Shown one piece after another: positions 26,676 through 40,021 of a stretch of 64,000 nucleotides of DNA. The notes beneath the pieces are model-generated. The model had not been told where the DNA came from. It saw nothing but the letters and a program-made list of their open reading frames with translations, and ran no database searches. The position numbers and the translations under genes were made by a program. The DNA is from Magallana gigas (lineage: Eukaryota). Positions within the stretch are counted from its first letter, which is position 1. Every line of letters starts with the position of its first letter. Location of the stretch: NCBI RefSeq assembly GCF_963853765.1, contig NC_088857.1, positions 40,424,001 to 40,488,000 of the forward strand, given 5' to 3'.

Positions 26676-27715
26676 ATGAAGATTTTATTTGCTTTAGCTG
26701 TTTTTATGCTGGTCATCCTTTTTACAGAAGGAAAATTGGATGCAAGTATTATTTTAATAATTTGTTCTACTCCATGTTAGGTAAGCAACTGAATTTTTTC
26801 TCTCACTTTTCTAAAGGAAGAGTTTTGCATGATACTTATTTTCAAGGAAAATAACCGTTGTACACCAAATTGGGATTTAAATGTGTTTGTCATGTATCAA
26901 AATGTATATATACGCTTATGCCATTTTTTTCTACCGAACATGTGAATTCTAAAATATCTGAAATTAATACCTACTGTTAAGGGAATTTGATAGACCTTGA
27001 AAATTCTTTAGCTACCATTATGTCTTTTGAATTTTATTTTTAAAATAAGCTATTTCTCGCCAATAGTTTGTTATCCCATGCTTTGGAAATATGCCAATAT
27101 TATGTCTTTGGTAAACCGTCAAAATATTGTTTCAAAAACATGCAAAATACTAGAAAACTGTTACCTATTTACAATTCTATCTCTTTAATTTCCAGAAGGC
27201 AACAAAACCTGTGCAAAGTAAGCTTATTATTTCATACAGCGTATTCATGGTTCTACAAAATCTTGATCATCATTTTATATAACTGAGCGACTTTTTTAAA
27301 ACTTTTCCATCTCAGGTTTCAGGAGCACGTCATCAAAAGGAAACCTGTCTCCATTTCTTAGAAAAATCCGTAAGTATATCAAAACATATTGATGGTCCGA
27401 TTCATATCAGATAAGAATAATGAACAACGCCATTAAGACACGCAGGTGCTCTATTTGGTAGGCAGTACACATGGTTTAGAGCAGGAACTGCTAACGACAA
27501 GCGATGACAAACAAGAGGAAGAGGTAGACGAGGTTGGAACCAAGTTAATGGATGAGTTCATGTTGTTTCTGTCACTGAAAGGTAAACACAGTTTCGGAAA
27601 AAAGATACAATGTACCACACGTCTAAATACTAAAATTGTGGTTGCTTTTGATCACCAAATTCTCTCTTTTGTAGAAACTGGGTTGCTTGACATGTGCCTG
27701 TCGTCAATGAAATGA
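26676..27715 (+). CDS. Small putative secreted protein (~97 aa), unrecognised; best model exons 26676-26745, 27323-27369, 27446-27581, 27675-27715
   Basis: Signal-peptide-like MKILFALAVFMLVILFTEG. The downstream exons join in frame as ARHQKETCLHFLEKSVLYLVGSTHGLEQELLTTSDDKQEEEVDEVGTKLMDEFMLFLSLKETGLLDMCLSSMK-stop, with AATAAA at ~27766. The exon 2 donor and exon 3 acceptor are ambiguous. Confidence 0.55.
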
Positions 27716-28744
27716 GGACAACGAATTCAGTGAATGATTATTATATGTAGATCTATTATTGTTATAAATAAAACCTAATTATACTAGTGGGCTGTCTTTG
27801 ATGTTTTCTTTTATTGTCCGTTATGAGGAAAAGGTGATTCCAAATTTCAATATGATGTCCATGTGTCAACAACCCAAGAACCTAGATTTCATCAATGTTC
27901 CATTCAAAAGTGTGCACCTTGAAATGAATGACAGGAAGCGTTGTATGATTTCTAAAAGTAAATGTAATATCATTTATCGGCGCTGGTATCGCCAAAATGA
28001 AAACAATATCACGACAGTCGCTAAACAACAATATACAGGAGGTGGTTTAGGTTTACATAAGAACACAGTTACATGTAACATGTATTATTACGCAACAATT
28101 CGCTGTGTAAGCTATCCAGATTACATACAATATAGATATTCTCATTAGATACTAATTAATTGTGTCTTGATATTGTGAGCCTGGTTGACGTCAGATGAAA
28201 ATCATTGAGATAAGATTTATTCTCCCTGATATCATCACCTAACAATGGCATCGTAATCTTCTTCTATAGTAAAGTAATCTATTAGTATCGATGCTATTCT
28301 GGGCGTATTGTCAATGTACTAGGAAGTTACACGGTAAGAAGTTAAGTCACTCTCCACTTTTTGGCCACAGTTTTGCTGTTTTCATCCTATTTCACACTCC
28401 AGAGACAATAATAGAAAAAAAAGCTTGATGTACTACTAACTAGGTACATCTAGTGTAACAACCAAACTCATCACAATTAACCTCTTTGAAAGAGAATGGT
28501 AGGATTTGTGATTTTTTTTCCATCACCCTCATTGAAAATATAACAAAACTTCTAGCTATTTCCTACAGAAGTCAAGCTTTAATTTTTCACCCATTAATTA
28601 GCAGGATGTCAGTTTCACCTGATTAATTATAAAAAAAAATCAACTCTTGGGCCACCTTGCTAAGCTAAGTTCATGTTTTAAGTGTATTTAAGTATCACCT
28701 ATATTTTCTTACACAATGCTCTAAATATAAATTAATGTCACACC

Positions 28745-29040
28745 TTTGCTTTTTGGGGCCATGGTAGCTATCATCCTAAAATAAAGGATTTAGCTTCGAT
28801 GCATCTTAAATTGATTATTTCACGTGGTCTATCAGCTGAACACACCAAATATCCCTTTCAGCCAAGAATGCATTGTTCCAAATTTGGTTGAAATTGATCT
28901 AGAACTTAAGGTGAGGAGAGGAAGAAAGTGAAAGTGAAAGTCATGCCACTGCCAACGGTAACAACGTTACAAAGTAAAGAAGCAAGAACAATTAGATCAG
29001 AAAAGCTTACATAAACCTTTAGCTCAGCTGAGCTTTAAAA
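28745..29040 (+). mobile_element. Degenerate Helentron/HINE remnant related to the element at 95-940
   Basis: Contains CCAAATTTGGTTGAAATTG and the terminus GATCAGAAAAGCTTACATAAACCTTTAGCTCAGCTGAGCT. Confidence 0.65.
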
Positions 29041-31889
29041 AAAGCCTTGGTCATACTTGTGGTTTTTTTTAATCTAAAAGAACTATCATTTAATACGAGA
29101 CTATGTAAATAGCGGGACAACTGAGTGTTTCATTCTAAATGTTTGATTTAGCGACTGCAAATTTCAAGGACTTTGATCGATGATATATGTACACCATATA
29201 TAATATCTTAAGGTCAGACGCGACTTTCTATTTTATATCCCCACAATGTAAAAATTTCCACTTAGTAATTCCATAAGTATATTTTCATGTTATATGATAT
29301 TTTTTATTTAGATATAAAGTGTTTTATTGAAAATATGTACTATGACTTTATTCATAAGTGTTCAAATGTATTTTGTATGCTATTTCAAGGAAAAATCTAA
29401 ATATTCCAGCTAAAAAAAAAACTTGGTAATGTATCCTGATTTTTTGGGGAATCAACAGGTTTAAATGTTCATAAATAGGAAATGATATATCAAGGAAAAT
29501 TAAATAAAATTGAGGAACGTCCCCTGTGTCCTTAATGCAAATTGGTTACTTTTTTGTCCCAGTGAAAACAACACGACTCTCACTGACAAAAGGATGAAAT
29601 TAATATCTGAACTCAGGAGAATGCTGGGGGGAGTCATTGGTCACTATTTAATCAATATTTCATATTGTAGAATTGTGTGTCTTATGAGTCTAGATAATGG
29701 TGTCAACAAAGGATGGTATCCCTAAACATATGTCATCGCCCCCTTTTATTCGGTGAGTCATAGACAAAATCTTCGATGGTTCGGTTTTGATATTTTTCAA
29801 ATGAGAGCAAAAAATCGACACATTTTGATTTGTGTGAATGCATTTGAACGCTTCACATTTTAATAATAAACATACTATCGATTATTTTGTTGACCCTCTA
29901 ACAGTGAATATCGTTCTAGTTTGTGGCCCTGTCCTTGCAATGAATAAAATGGGCGGGTTCTATAGTCTGTCCCGAAATATTTTTGCCGCACATTTTCTTA
30001 AATTATTCGATATTTATAAATACATTTATAAATAAATGATTCAGACGATGTTCATTTGATAGTATGAAAAAATCCCAGGATTTCCTTTTTAAAACGCCCC
30101 CTCTAGCTTGTCAGGTTTCAATACACGGCTAAAAAAAGAAAGTCTACGGGGATTTTGCATTGCATCAGCCATAATTAAGCCCGGATGATAACGTTGAAAA
30201 ATCGTGCGAGGTAATCCGAGTGACTTCCGAATGGGGAAAAGATGTAAACAGTCTACATAATATATCTCTGTGGAAAATCTGTTTTCGTTCTTGTGAATTT
30301 TTACAAGGGAAAAATGATAATGTGTGAATAAAGTTATCTTGGAAATTTTCCCTTTAATCAATTTCAATTGACTTCTTTCATAGGTATGTGTATTTTTATT
30401 AAAAATCGACCAAATGTGCAGCATAAATATCTTCAGGCAGACTACATAGTTCAAGAAAAAAATGAAGCAGATCGGAGAGGACTCGTTTGCATATCACGTG
30501 GCATTGTAGAACTCCAAATTTTCACCAGTAAAGGCACCCCTGCAAATGTTATTGTCATTTAAATTTTAGACCACGTGGTTTTATTTGACCCTTTCAGTTT
30601 TGCAGTAAAAATCGTGCCCCGTGTTTATAGTCTATTTTAGAGAATCTAGGTACTTGTAGTCAAATATAAATTCTAGAGGTTTTTTGATTTTAAACTTTAT
30701 CTTCATTAATTGGTGGATAAAATGTGTTCTAGAAATAAATGTGACAATACTAAAAATAGTTTTTTTCTGCTGTTGCGACAATTAACATGCGTAGTAGAGA
30801 TCCCCCTAAAAATTAATTTTCGATCCGCGCCTGACATAGTAATAACATCAATAGTGAAACAGACTGTACTATTTTATGCAGAATGTTCCTTGAAAATGGC
30901 TCGATACACTAAGTTTTTATGCAAAACATTCACCCATTATTTTTTTAAAACATGGTATTACACACCACAAGCATCAAACATGGCTATGATTTTATTAAGC
31001 AACCCAATGTTTATATTATCAACCACTCTACACGTGGTTGAACACGAACGATAACTCTGTTCTGAATATCATCGTTTAATTTGAAAATTTATGCACTTAT
31101 ACTTCCGCTCGAAATTTCACAGGAACTGAAAAAATTTCGGTGAAGTCTCATGAACTTTCATTCGAGCACCTCTGGATTTATTACATACTTAGCAACGATA
31201 AAGAAAACATTCCGAACACATTCGCAGGGGTGAAAGGGAAAACTCTGCGTACAGGATCGGGTCGCTCAAAACACTGGTTAAATCCCTTATCCAGTGGTTA
31301 AAGAGGTATAGCGCACTTAATATACGATTTGGCCTCAAATATAGCCTTTTGCAAACATCAGACATTTTCAATATTATACAATATTTAGTTTAAATATATT
31401 CAAAGAAACGCAAATTACACAATCACCATGCTCTACGTACGAGTCTTAATTATATTACAAGACATCATCAAAAATATTTAAATTTTGTGTGGGATATATA
31501 GGAAAGTGGTTATATGTGTAGTATACGATAAATTTTTTTTAGATATTTGGCCATTTGAACCACTCCAAACCAGACATCCGATTAAAATTATGTTCTACAG
31601 GTATTGTAGTACACGTTTACATTGAATTAGTTTTGGCTTAATGTGGTCTTCGTACTGAAAATTAGACGAATATTTCAATTAGTGTCTTTTCTAATACAAT
31701 CATGTTTATAGCCATATATATTGAAAATGCATCTGTTGAAAATTTTAGATGCGTGGCCTAGTGGTACCACGGAGGATTTTTGATTTTGTGGTCGCTGGAT
31801 CGAATCAACTAAGTAGTAATATTTTTCACTTAAATTGAAACATGAACAGAATAGAGAGATTAAGTTACATGTAAATAATCTTCAGGGTT

Positions 31890-32540
31890 TTTGGGAGTTG
31901 ATTTTAATCAACTCTCCTATGCAGTTACTCAGACAAACCGAAAGTGAAACAGTGTTTGGACCTCAGCACAAATCATTGCTGCTGACAAGACTTAGCTCTT
32001 GAAAATAATTGATAAATTCGATGTAATGTATGCTATTTAAAGCATTGTTTTTCAAGGAAACTTATTTATAAATACCTTGAAAACAGTCAGATTTTAAATG
32101 GTACGAACAATTTATATATTTTTTGTATTCCTACGCCAGAGTTCAATATAGTCTCGTTCAACTCGACGCTTGGCTGTCTCCGTAAATCCTTGTCGGAGAT
32201 TTACGGTGTCAGCCGAGCGTTTGGTTGAACGAGACTAGAGTTCAATATTGCTTGGATCCATACGAGAAATATTTCTATTACTGATACAAAGTTTGATTGA
32301 ATTAATTTTATCTTTAAACATTATTTACATGACTTGATTCATATGGGGGTTTCTCGACATTCTTGTCGAAAAAGTCCAAAAATTCATAATATAAAAATGT
32401 TCGTAATTCAAATTAGAAACTAAATGATTGTACTTGTTATGCAAAATAACATATCATTGATTTTAAAATAAATAAACATCGACAAAATCAACTCCCGTCA
32501 GTTCTTCAATACTTTGATTTAAAATTATCTTGTTTAATTC
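31890..32540 (+). mobile_element. Non-autonomous DNA element (superfamily unassigned), copy 1, with a nested 87-bp hairpin MITE at 32150-32236
   Basis: Inverted GGGAGTTGATTTT (31893) / AAAATCAACTCCC (32484), colinear in reverse with 58300-58950. The hairpin AGTCTCGTTCAAC...GTTGAACGAGACT is flanked by the 12-bp direct repeat AGAGTTCAATAT. Confidence 0.75.
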
Positions 32541-32748
32541 AGTCTGACTTTGAGTACACCCAATATAAACAGTTCTCTTCATTAACACTGTACATGTACT
32601 CTATTTACACTTAGATCCATTGCACTTTGCTTAAACTTATCACGTTTCAGAATATCAACTACTGTTATACACAGAGTTTCCCGAATTTATGACAAATCAG
32701 TTGTTACAGACACCATTATAAAATCAGTACAGCGAATCCAGCGGCGTG

Positions 32749-32778
32749 TTCAGCAGAGCGAGCGCTCGCTCTGCTGAA
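32749..32778. repeat. Perfect 30-bp GC-rich palindrome
   Basis: TTCAGCAGAGCGAGCGCTCGCTCTGCTGAA is its own reverse complement; probably a transposon terminal or central hairpin. Confidence 0.9.
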
Positions 32779-33099
32779 TACGCCTCAGGTTTCGGAAATC
32801 GTATTGCGACAGCTAGGTACCTGAAGCTATTTTTGGTAACATGTACTTTCCGTCCAAACACACGTGAAGGCGAAATAATGGGAAAAAGCTTTTCCTCTTT
32901 TGACGAGTTGTTAAATTCTGTTGCTCAAAAGTTTACTACTGGTTAAAATGCTTCTCCAATGGTTAACTTTTGGCTAAAGTTATCCACTCTGCAGAGCTGT
33001 GTTAAGTGATTTAGCTAGTGGTTAAACATGGCTGATAGGTTATTGTTTGACATATTTTTGTGCAGACGATACAAGAAACAGCGAATTTTCAGGCATTTC

Positions 33100-33909
33100 A
33101 GTCATAATTTTGATGAGACAAAAGAAAAAAAAGGTACGGGTTTTCCTGGAATCGGTAAGATTCGTCACAGATGTTAGAGAACCAGAGTTATGCCGCTTAA
33201 CCCTGAGGAGTCATTCCCTGTCCGCGATTACTCGAGTTGAAATTGCTTTAAGGTGACAATATGAAAACTGCGGGGGATGCCCTTGGTTTCCACAACTCCA
33301 GTGTCTCTTGATAGGCGTGTGATGTGTCGCAGCCCTGACTGAGGTTTCTGCACAGTTCATCTAGTGGCATTCTACCACCAGGGAAAAGATGGCCATCAAG
33401 ATGGGTTTTTATGCCATTCCTGGTTTTCCGGCTGTAATCTGTGCGGTTGATGTTAGTATTATTGCCTCTGAGCATGAATCAGTTTATGCGAACCGCAAAG
33501 GATTTCATTCCATCAACACCCAGGGAATCTGTGATCATGAACGGGTGAATGACCAATTTTAATGTATCCTGAAATACTTGCACTTAAGAATGAATATTTA
33601 CATTTTCTAGTGTCTTTATTAGTGATAGCACTACAAATCGTGACGTAAATTCAATTTCATCAAATACGCAAATGACGTCTGTTTGGGTGAAAGTGGGGTT
33701 TTTATAATTATGTTAAAAAAATATAGCATGTAATGTCAATACTTTGATTTAAAAAAGTTAATCGTTTAATTGCTGAAAATAATATCTATTTATCTCTTGT
33801 TGATTGTGTTGATGGGGTTTTAATCGGCAATAGCTACGCCTGTGGACGATACCTCGTCACTCTTTTCTTACGACCAGCTAATCAGTAAGTATCAGACACG
33901 TGTAAATAT

Positions 33910-33958
<49 letters not shown>

Positions 33959-34542
33959 GGCCGACCCAAGAACATAGTTTTTCCTCAAAGCAATTGTAAT
34001 AAGTAAATAAAATGTCTACTTTTTCAATAAATACCAAAAATCTAAACCTCATTTTTCAAATTTTTTGAAAGGAAATCTTTGATAGTGCAATCACATAAAC
34101 ACGTAAAATAATAAATATATATTTCAAGAGCTCAGTAAAACTACAACACAGCTTATACACGAACAAGAGCAGTATTTGGACGCTGTTTTGGATGCTGGAA
34201 AAGATGCTTCATGGTCTTACATGGAGAAGTTAAGGTATCGAAAATTTTAAATGCGGAAGTTGTAATGAATTATTGATATTTTATTATCAATTATATAATT
34301 CATTCAAACACTTTAACTGTTAATAAATATTGACATAATGTTCTTATTATATTCAGTGTAGATCTGAAAGAGTATCCAAAGTCATTCTGGATTGTGCTGA
34401 GTTGCATAATATAGATTTGGACAGAAAAGACACAAAGGCTGAAGATGATAAAGACATTGCTAATGATGAAGACGACTTGGGAGGAGTAGCCGTACAGCCT
34501 AGGAATAACATTCGCCAGTTCATCGTTGACAACTTCTTTTAA
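33100..34542 (+). pseudogene. PIF/Harbinger (HARBI1-like) DDE transposase fossil, spliced (exon remnants ~33100-33544, ~33810-33884, 34129-34234, 34357-34542)
   Basis: Motifs RSHSLS...IALR, GDALGFHNSSVS, GFYAIPGFPAVICAVD...YANRKGFHSINTQGICD, GVLIGNSYACGRYLVT, YNTAYTRTRAVFGRCFGCWKRCF and CAELHNI...RQFIVDNFF-stop. Several in-frame stops and frameshifts; phases of the last three exons still match. Confidence 0.88.
33912..33954. repeat. (GA)n microsatellite inside a transposase intron
   Basis: Direct reading. Confidence 0.95.
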
Positions 34543-34567
34543 TGTCTTTCATAAAACCACATCTCAT

Positions 34568-34746
34568 TTATGATTCGACACCGCAAAGTGAAACTTCATA
34601 TCTCAGTTTTTTAATTTCCAGTGACACTTTCTCTTTCTGTAGCTTTATAAGTTCAGTCTCTTCATTGATTCTGCACAGGTCAGCTTGTAGAACTTGTTTC
34701 TGTAGATCTGATATACTATTTTCACATTTTCTCTTTTTCTTTTGAT
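34568..34746 (-). pseudogene. Last exon of the probable Harbinger partner (Myb/SANT-type DNA-binding protein) gene, coiled-coil C-terminus
   Basis: Open frame DQKKKRKCENSISDLQKQVLQADLCRINEETELIKLQKEKVSLEIKKLRYEVSLCGVES-stop, convergent with the transposase (stops 25 nt apart), the standard two-gene Harbinger layout. The Myb domain itself is not seen because of the gap upstream. Confidence 0.6.
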
Positions 34747-34793
34747 CTACACATCACTTGATGAGAAAAATTGCTCTCTTCTCTCTCTCTCTC

Positions 34794-34927
34794 NNNNNNN
34801 NNNNNNNNNNNNNNNNNNNNNNNNNNNNNNNNNNNNNNNNNNNNNNNNNNNNNNNNNNNNNNNNNNNNNNNNNNNNNNNNNNNNNNNNNNNNNNNNNNNN
34901 NNNNNNNNNNNNNNNNNNNNNNNNNNN
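34794..34927. other. Assembly gap (134 N) adjoining a (CT)n run
   Basis: Direct reading. Confidence 1.
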
Positions 34928-35100
34928 ACATATGAATTCTAGTTAAATGTTCATGTATGTCCCATTTCAATATCAATCATCCAATTCTTTCCCTCTTTTG
35001 TATGTGTTTATTGTGCATTATGAATGTTTTTTGTACAATCTTCCTGTTGACCTTTGAGGGCCCTTAATTGGTCAATAAAGAATTTGAAAATGAATCATAC

Positions 35101-37756
35101 CAGTTAGCTTTGAAGTTGCAGAATCCATCGATCTCGTAACGGTGGTTGATTCTAAGTTGCCTATTAAGGATGTTTTAGCAGGGGCTGCTGTGGTAGTCTT
35201 TACCTTGGTTGTGGTGGGGGACGATGCTGTAGTCGGTTTTTGTGGTTTCTGTGTAGAGCTTGGTGGAAAAGTCGTGGTTCCCTTTGGTTCAGTTTTTGCT
35301 TCTCTACTCGGTTCTGCGGTGGTTAATGTAGTGAGGTTTTCTGTGGTGTTTGATCTTTCACTCGATTTTACGGTGGCCGATGTGGTCGGTTGTTCTGTAG
35401 TTTTGGCTTTTGTACCCGGTTGTTCTGTAGGTTTTGTCCCTTGCCTGTTGTTATCTGTGGAATCCGTCTCAGTCGTTGGCGCTGATTGGTTGCTACTGTG
35501 TCCGGTTTCCGTGCTTACAGCTGTTGTTGCTAATGAAACTGTTGTTGCTTCAGTGGAAACATTATCTACAGATATACAGACATATAAAATATTTCTAATC
35601 TTGTAAAAAAAAAGTTAACTTTATCTAGAAAAGGATGTGTTTTAAATTCATTAGCTATATCTCAATTAATTTACATAGGCTCAATATTGCCAATACCCGA
35701 TCCCAAACATATGAAGCAAATTAAAATGCATATAGCTTCATATGGAACAAACGAGATCAAATAAAGGGTTACAGTAATTGGAAAACTCGGAGGGTAGATA
35801 TAATTGATATTGAATCAAACAAAGCGGTGCAGACAAATTATCATAGTGCACTAACGCGCGGTATTCAATTTGTCTGCGCCGCTTCAATGGTGTGTTATAG
35901 GGCCGACGACATCCAAAAATAAGCATTCAATGCTAAAATGAGAATCTGTTTTCAAAAAAATAAAAAACTCCTATTCATCAAGTAGTGTTCAAGATATTAT
36001 ATTCTGTAGAAAAAAATGGAGTTATTACATAATTATATATGAAGACGGTAAAAGACATATTTAATAAAAGAATACCGGGTAAGTGAATTTAAACTACAAA
36101 CTTCTTAATTATACTTTTTGTTGTAACAGTTTTTTTAAATGCAATTGAGATCATCCGCCTCTTGTTATGTGTAGTAAAATTGAAGATGTTAAAAATTTAC
36201 TTTTTGGCTTTGAACATGTTATAATTTGATATACAATGGAAACATGTCATATTGGGATTTTTCTAAACGGAATGAAAAACACAGTATGTGAATACAATTT
36301 GTCTTTTTTAGAGTATAAGATTTATATTAAAACCTATTCACACTAAAAATAACATACTAAACAATATCACACTTTTAAAAAAAGTACCACATACATAAGT
36401 AAAAGTTTGTAATTTGTAGAAATACTTTTACTATTCTGTATTGATTTTTTGTTTTTACATATCTATGTATGTACTGCTAACTATCTTTTTCGGGATAGTT
36501 GGTTCATGTAAATGGGACTATGTTATGTTATAGTTATTGATAAATCTTTAAGACAAAAACATATCAAATATAGACTTTTAAAACTTCTTACGACAAGGGG
36601 TTGATAGTAACTGTACTCATTTTTTTTTTCAATCCATTGTTTAAAATATCAACCATTAACAAAATTCTCCCGATTTGATAATAATCATTATCAAGTTATT
36701 ATTTAACACGTACTGTTTATTGTAGTAGTCAAACAATCATGGGTACTACTCCATGACTCAACAAATGGTCAATTATAGAATACAAGTATGGTCCAAAATA
36801 AATTAGTATTATCATAAATATAATTAGAACGTACCATTTGTACAGTTTGTGAGTGCAGATTTCTATGAAAGTAAGGGATGTGAAATTAATTCATAAAACA
36901 GAGCAATATCTAACTAAACGTAAACTAGTTTTAAAAAAAAACAAAATACCAATTGGGTCAGGACGATCTAGTTGTGTAATCACATTCTAACACTCACATA
37001 CACATTTGGGCGCTTTGTCACTCCATTGTAACCCATCACAATAAATTTTATCCTTTCCCACTAGAATTAAGCCTGGTATGCAAGAAAATTCCAGAAATCC
37101 ACGGTTCAAACTTTCGGTAACCAGAAGATCTTTGCTTAAATTTTGTTTCGGACATATTTTTCCAGGTGCTGAAAAGAAACGACCCCATCAACAGAATATA
37201 TGTATATGTTTAGTTTCTTTTCATCATTTTTTCAAATTATCTGTATTAATCCCTTTATACGCTTACCTACACATATAGGAACTGGTAAATTCCAAACATC
37301 ATTTATACATAGTGCTATTTTCGCTCCATGAAGCTTAAAACGTTTCCCGCAACGGAATGTCGCGACCTGGCCTCTGCTTCTAATTCTAACTCTACCATTT
37401 TTTAGTTTTGGCGTTTCACATTTATATCTTTGTCCTGAATTAAATTGTATAAGCTTTTTAAAAAACAATTTTTATTAAAATTGTATTAAAATAGTAAAAT
37501 GAAGATGAAATTTTTTACTAAACACAACGCGACTCTTAAGATGCACATCGTTTTTTGTCTATGTACATTGTACGTTACATAATATATTACAATTTTTTTT
37601 CACATTGCTTTCTATCAATATATTTTTGTCTTTATCTTCTTCTACGTAAAATATAAATAACAATTATAGAAAATTAAAAAGTAACCTCATCTTACCTTCA
37701 GAAAACTCGGCCGTCAGATGAACGGTTAGAAGAATTAGAAAATAAGATATTTTCAT
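35101..37756 (-). CDS. Sushi/CCP plus Thr-rich mucin protein, paralog 1; exons 37696-37756 (signal), 37267-37434 (Sushi), 35101-35565 (mucin); no TM exon visible
   Basis: MKISYFLILLTVHLTAEFSEG; CETPKLKNG...FRCGKRFKLHGAKIALCINDVWNLPVPIC; a 465-nt stop-free mucin exon colinear with paralog 2. It ends at a phase-1 donor (ACTG|GTATGA) or reads on to LTGMIHFQILY-stop. Confidence 0.7.
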
Positions 37757-38425
37757 GGTAATATTTAAACGTTGTCACTTCTTGGGAGGGAAATATTTTA
37801 AATCAAAGTACCGCTAAACTTATTACAAAAGAGGAAGTAACTCATTAATATCCCAATTGCATGGAAGATCAGTGTGTAAGAGATCGGCATCTTAACACCA
37901 CTTTGTTTTGTCGCTATTTAGGTCCCTACTCTCGGGTTGCAGCAGAAACGAGGTGATCTGAAATACAAAATAGGGTTTCTTATTTTGCTAATAAAGCAAT
38001 TAATGTTAGTCCTCGATATGTTATGTCTAATGTCTTCATACATGTATATGCATATCGCCTTTAATTTACTAATTTTTATGAAAAGACATGTAATTTTTCA
38101 TTGTTGTACATTGCCGTTTTTATCCGGTCATAAAGATTTTCTTTTATGCAATTTTTATGAGCGATCACCTAATCAGAGCGCCGCACAGTCTCGGACTATT
38201 TTTACATTTTTTTTATTATACTAGGAGACGTTAATTTTGAGATTCTTAGTAAAAACTTTTCTTTTTTTTACCAAAATGCACCATGTAAAACTTTATTTTT
38301 TCAACAGATGTTTAAAAGACAAACTTGTAGTGTACAAAATATTTACTTCATAACGTCAGATCACCTACCTGTATTTGCAAAATTAGATCTTAAATATACT
38401 CACCATTATTTGGTCCGTCCGAACT

Positions 38426-38734
38426 TACGGATCCCAGTATGGCACAAGGGAACATCTGTTTAAAAACTTTTATGATATAAAAATGTTTTTATCTCGTAAT
38501 TTCAAGAAATGATCTCGTTATTACGAGTTTCTTATCTCGCTATTACGTTATTATCTCGATATTATGAGAAAGATCACGTAATAACGAGTTAATTATCTCG
38601 TTTTTACAAGTTAATTATATCGTTATCACGAGAAAATTTCTCGTTATTATGAAATACATTGTAGCTGTAATTTGTTTTATCATTGTGAAAAAAAATACAT
38701 TTATAATAAGTGTTCCTCGTTCATCAGATCCGTA
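38426..38734. mobile_element. Small TIR element with internal ~20-bp ATCTCGTTATTACGAG tandem repeats; a related half-element lies at ~40955-41097
   Basis: TACGGATC ... GATCCGTA termini; repeated (A)TCTCGT(T/A)ATTACGAG units in both orientations. Confidence 0.6.
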
Positions 38735-39520
38735 CCTCCAAGTCGATTGGTTGACCCTTTTAGTTTAATGTTTTTTCCCCAGAAACGTTAAATCAAATTT
38801 GATTATTTTTTTTATAACAACGATCATTATTTATTGAATTTTACATAAATTAACCGGATTTGGCATAAAAACTAAATTTCATTTATTTAGTTACTGATAA
38901 CTATATAGTTTTAATCATTAGTATACGGGATTTACCCCGGTTTTTAATTGACCTATACACAACCTAAGTATTTTAAAAATACTAGTACTTGTTTTTAATT
39001 ATTAACATTTTGGAGTCTGCAAACAAATTATCCTTCATATAATTATGAATTAGTCAATAAATTTATTAAAGTTAAACAATCTGCTTTGCTCCTTCTTCTG
39101 AATTTTTTTCCACTAAGTCAATGTTTTTCTAAAAATATTTATGTTCGTCCATTTTACATAAAGAGACTCAGAGAGAACATTTAGAAAAATGAAACGCACC
39201 ATTTTATATAGATCCATTCTCGTAATAACGAGATAATCAAGTTTATCCCTACAAGATTAACAACGTCATGTAGAAAGACATTGATTTTTTAAAAATGATT
39301 AAAATCCGGATTTTTTGCTTCCCTTCAAACCATTTTTGACCTTTATTTCCGTCTTCCTTGGAAGACGGTATATATAATTTACAGTCTCCGGGTTGTGCAC
39401 TTCCTCTCCTTTGTGATTGTTAGAAAATACATGATGTGAAAATTTACATTTATATTCATTGGTTGAAATAGTGTTCGGCACAAGGGAGGTAATTTTCTAA
39501 TGATCTTTTTCACGTACGAC

Positions 39521-40021
39521 TTAACAAATTTCGTAGATTTCAAATCTTAAAAAGTGAGAAAACGAAAAAGCAATACAAATTGCTATGAATGAAATCCAGT
39601 CTTTGAATGTGAAGAAAAAAAATGATGCGCTATGGCTAATATCGGTAAAGGTGTTTGCAAAACTACATGTAATATTTGTTAAACAAAATGCTGAATGCAG
39701 CGATATAACTTTGATTTTATCAAAAAAATACGAGTCTACGACCCTTCTTAACACATCTTTTGCCCTACTATAGTCGATACCAACTAGGAAGCTCGGGTAC
39801 GCATTTCTCAATTTTAGACACGCAGGCTTTAAAGACACATAATGACAGAAAATGTTCCACACGCCATGGTACATTATTGTATGTAGAGGAAGGTGACATT
39901 TATGTAAAAAAGAATTAAATTGTCTTTGATAACGAACTGCTGTTTCGGGTTCGCTCTTAGGACGGTAAGCATTTTTTAAAAAGCTAAACTTGTTTATCAA
40001 AACCCTTAAACGCTTGCGCAT
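39521..40021 (-). pseudogene. Tyrosine-recombinase N-terminal half (DIRS/Ngaro/Crypton-like), degenerate
   Basis: 166-codon open frame with AYRP..ETAVRYQRQFNSFL (SAM-like N-domain start) and AICIAFSFSHFLRFE (box I 'F.gFLR.sE') at the expected ~130-aa spacing. Motif recognition only. Confidence 0.45.

Noticed and set aside
27504-27560. Repeated in-frame TGA codons in the cationic frame as selenocysteine readthrough
   Set aside because: No SECIS-like element was identified, and TGA recurrence is explained by GAT/GAC/GAG codons in the overlapping acidic frame.
29668-30676. Degenerate TAGAATT-ended ~1-kb DNA transposon
   Set aside because: The termini match only loosely and no TSD is visible, so it is not supportable as a discrete feature.
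34722-34976. ORFs spanning the N run
   Set aside because: Artefacts of translating the assembly gap.
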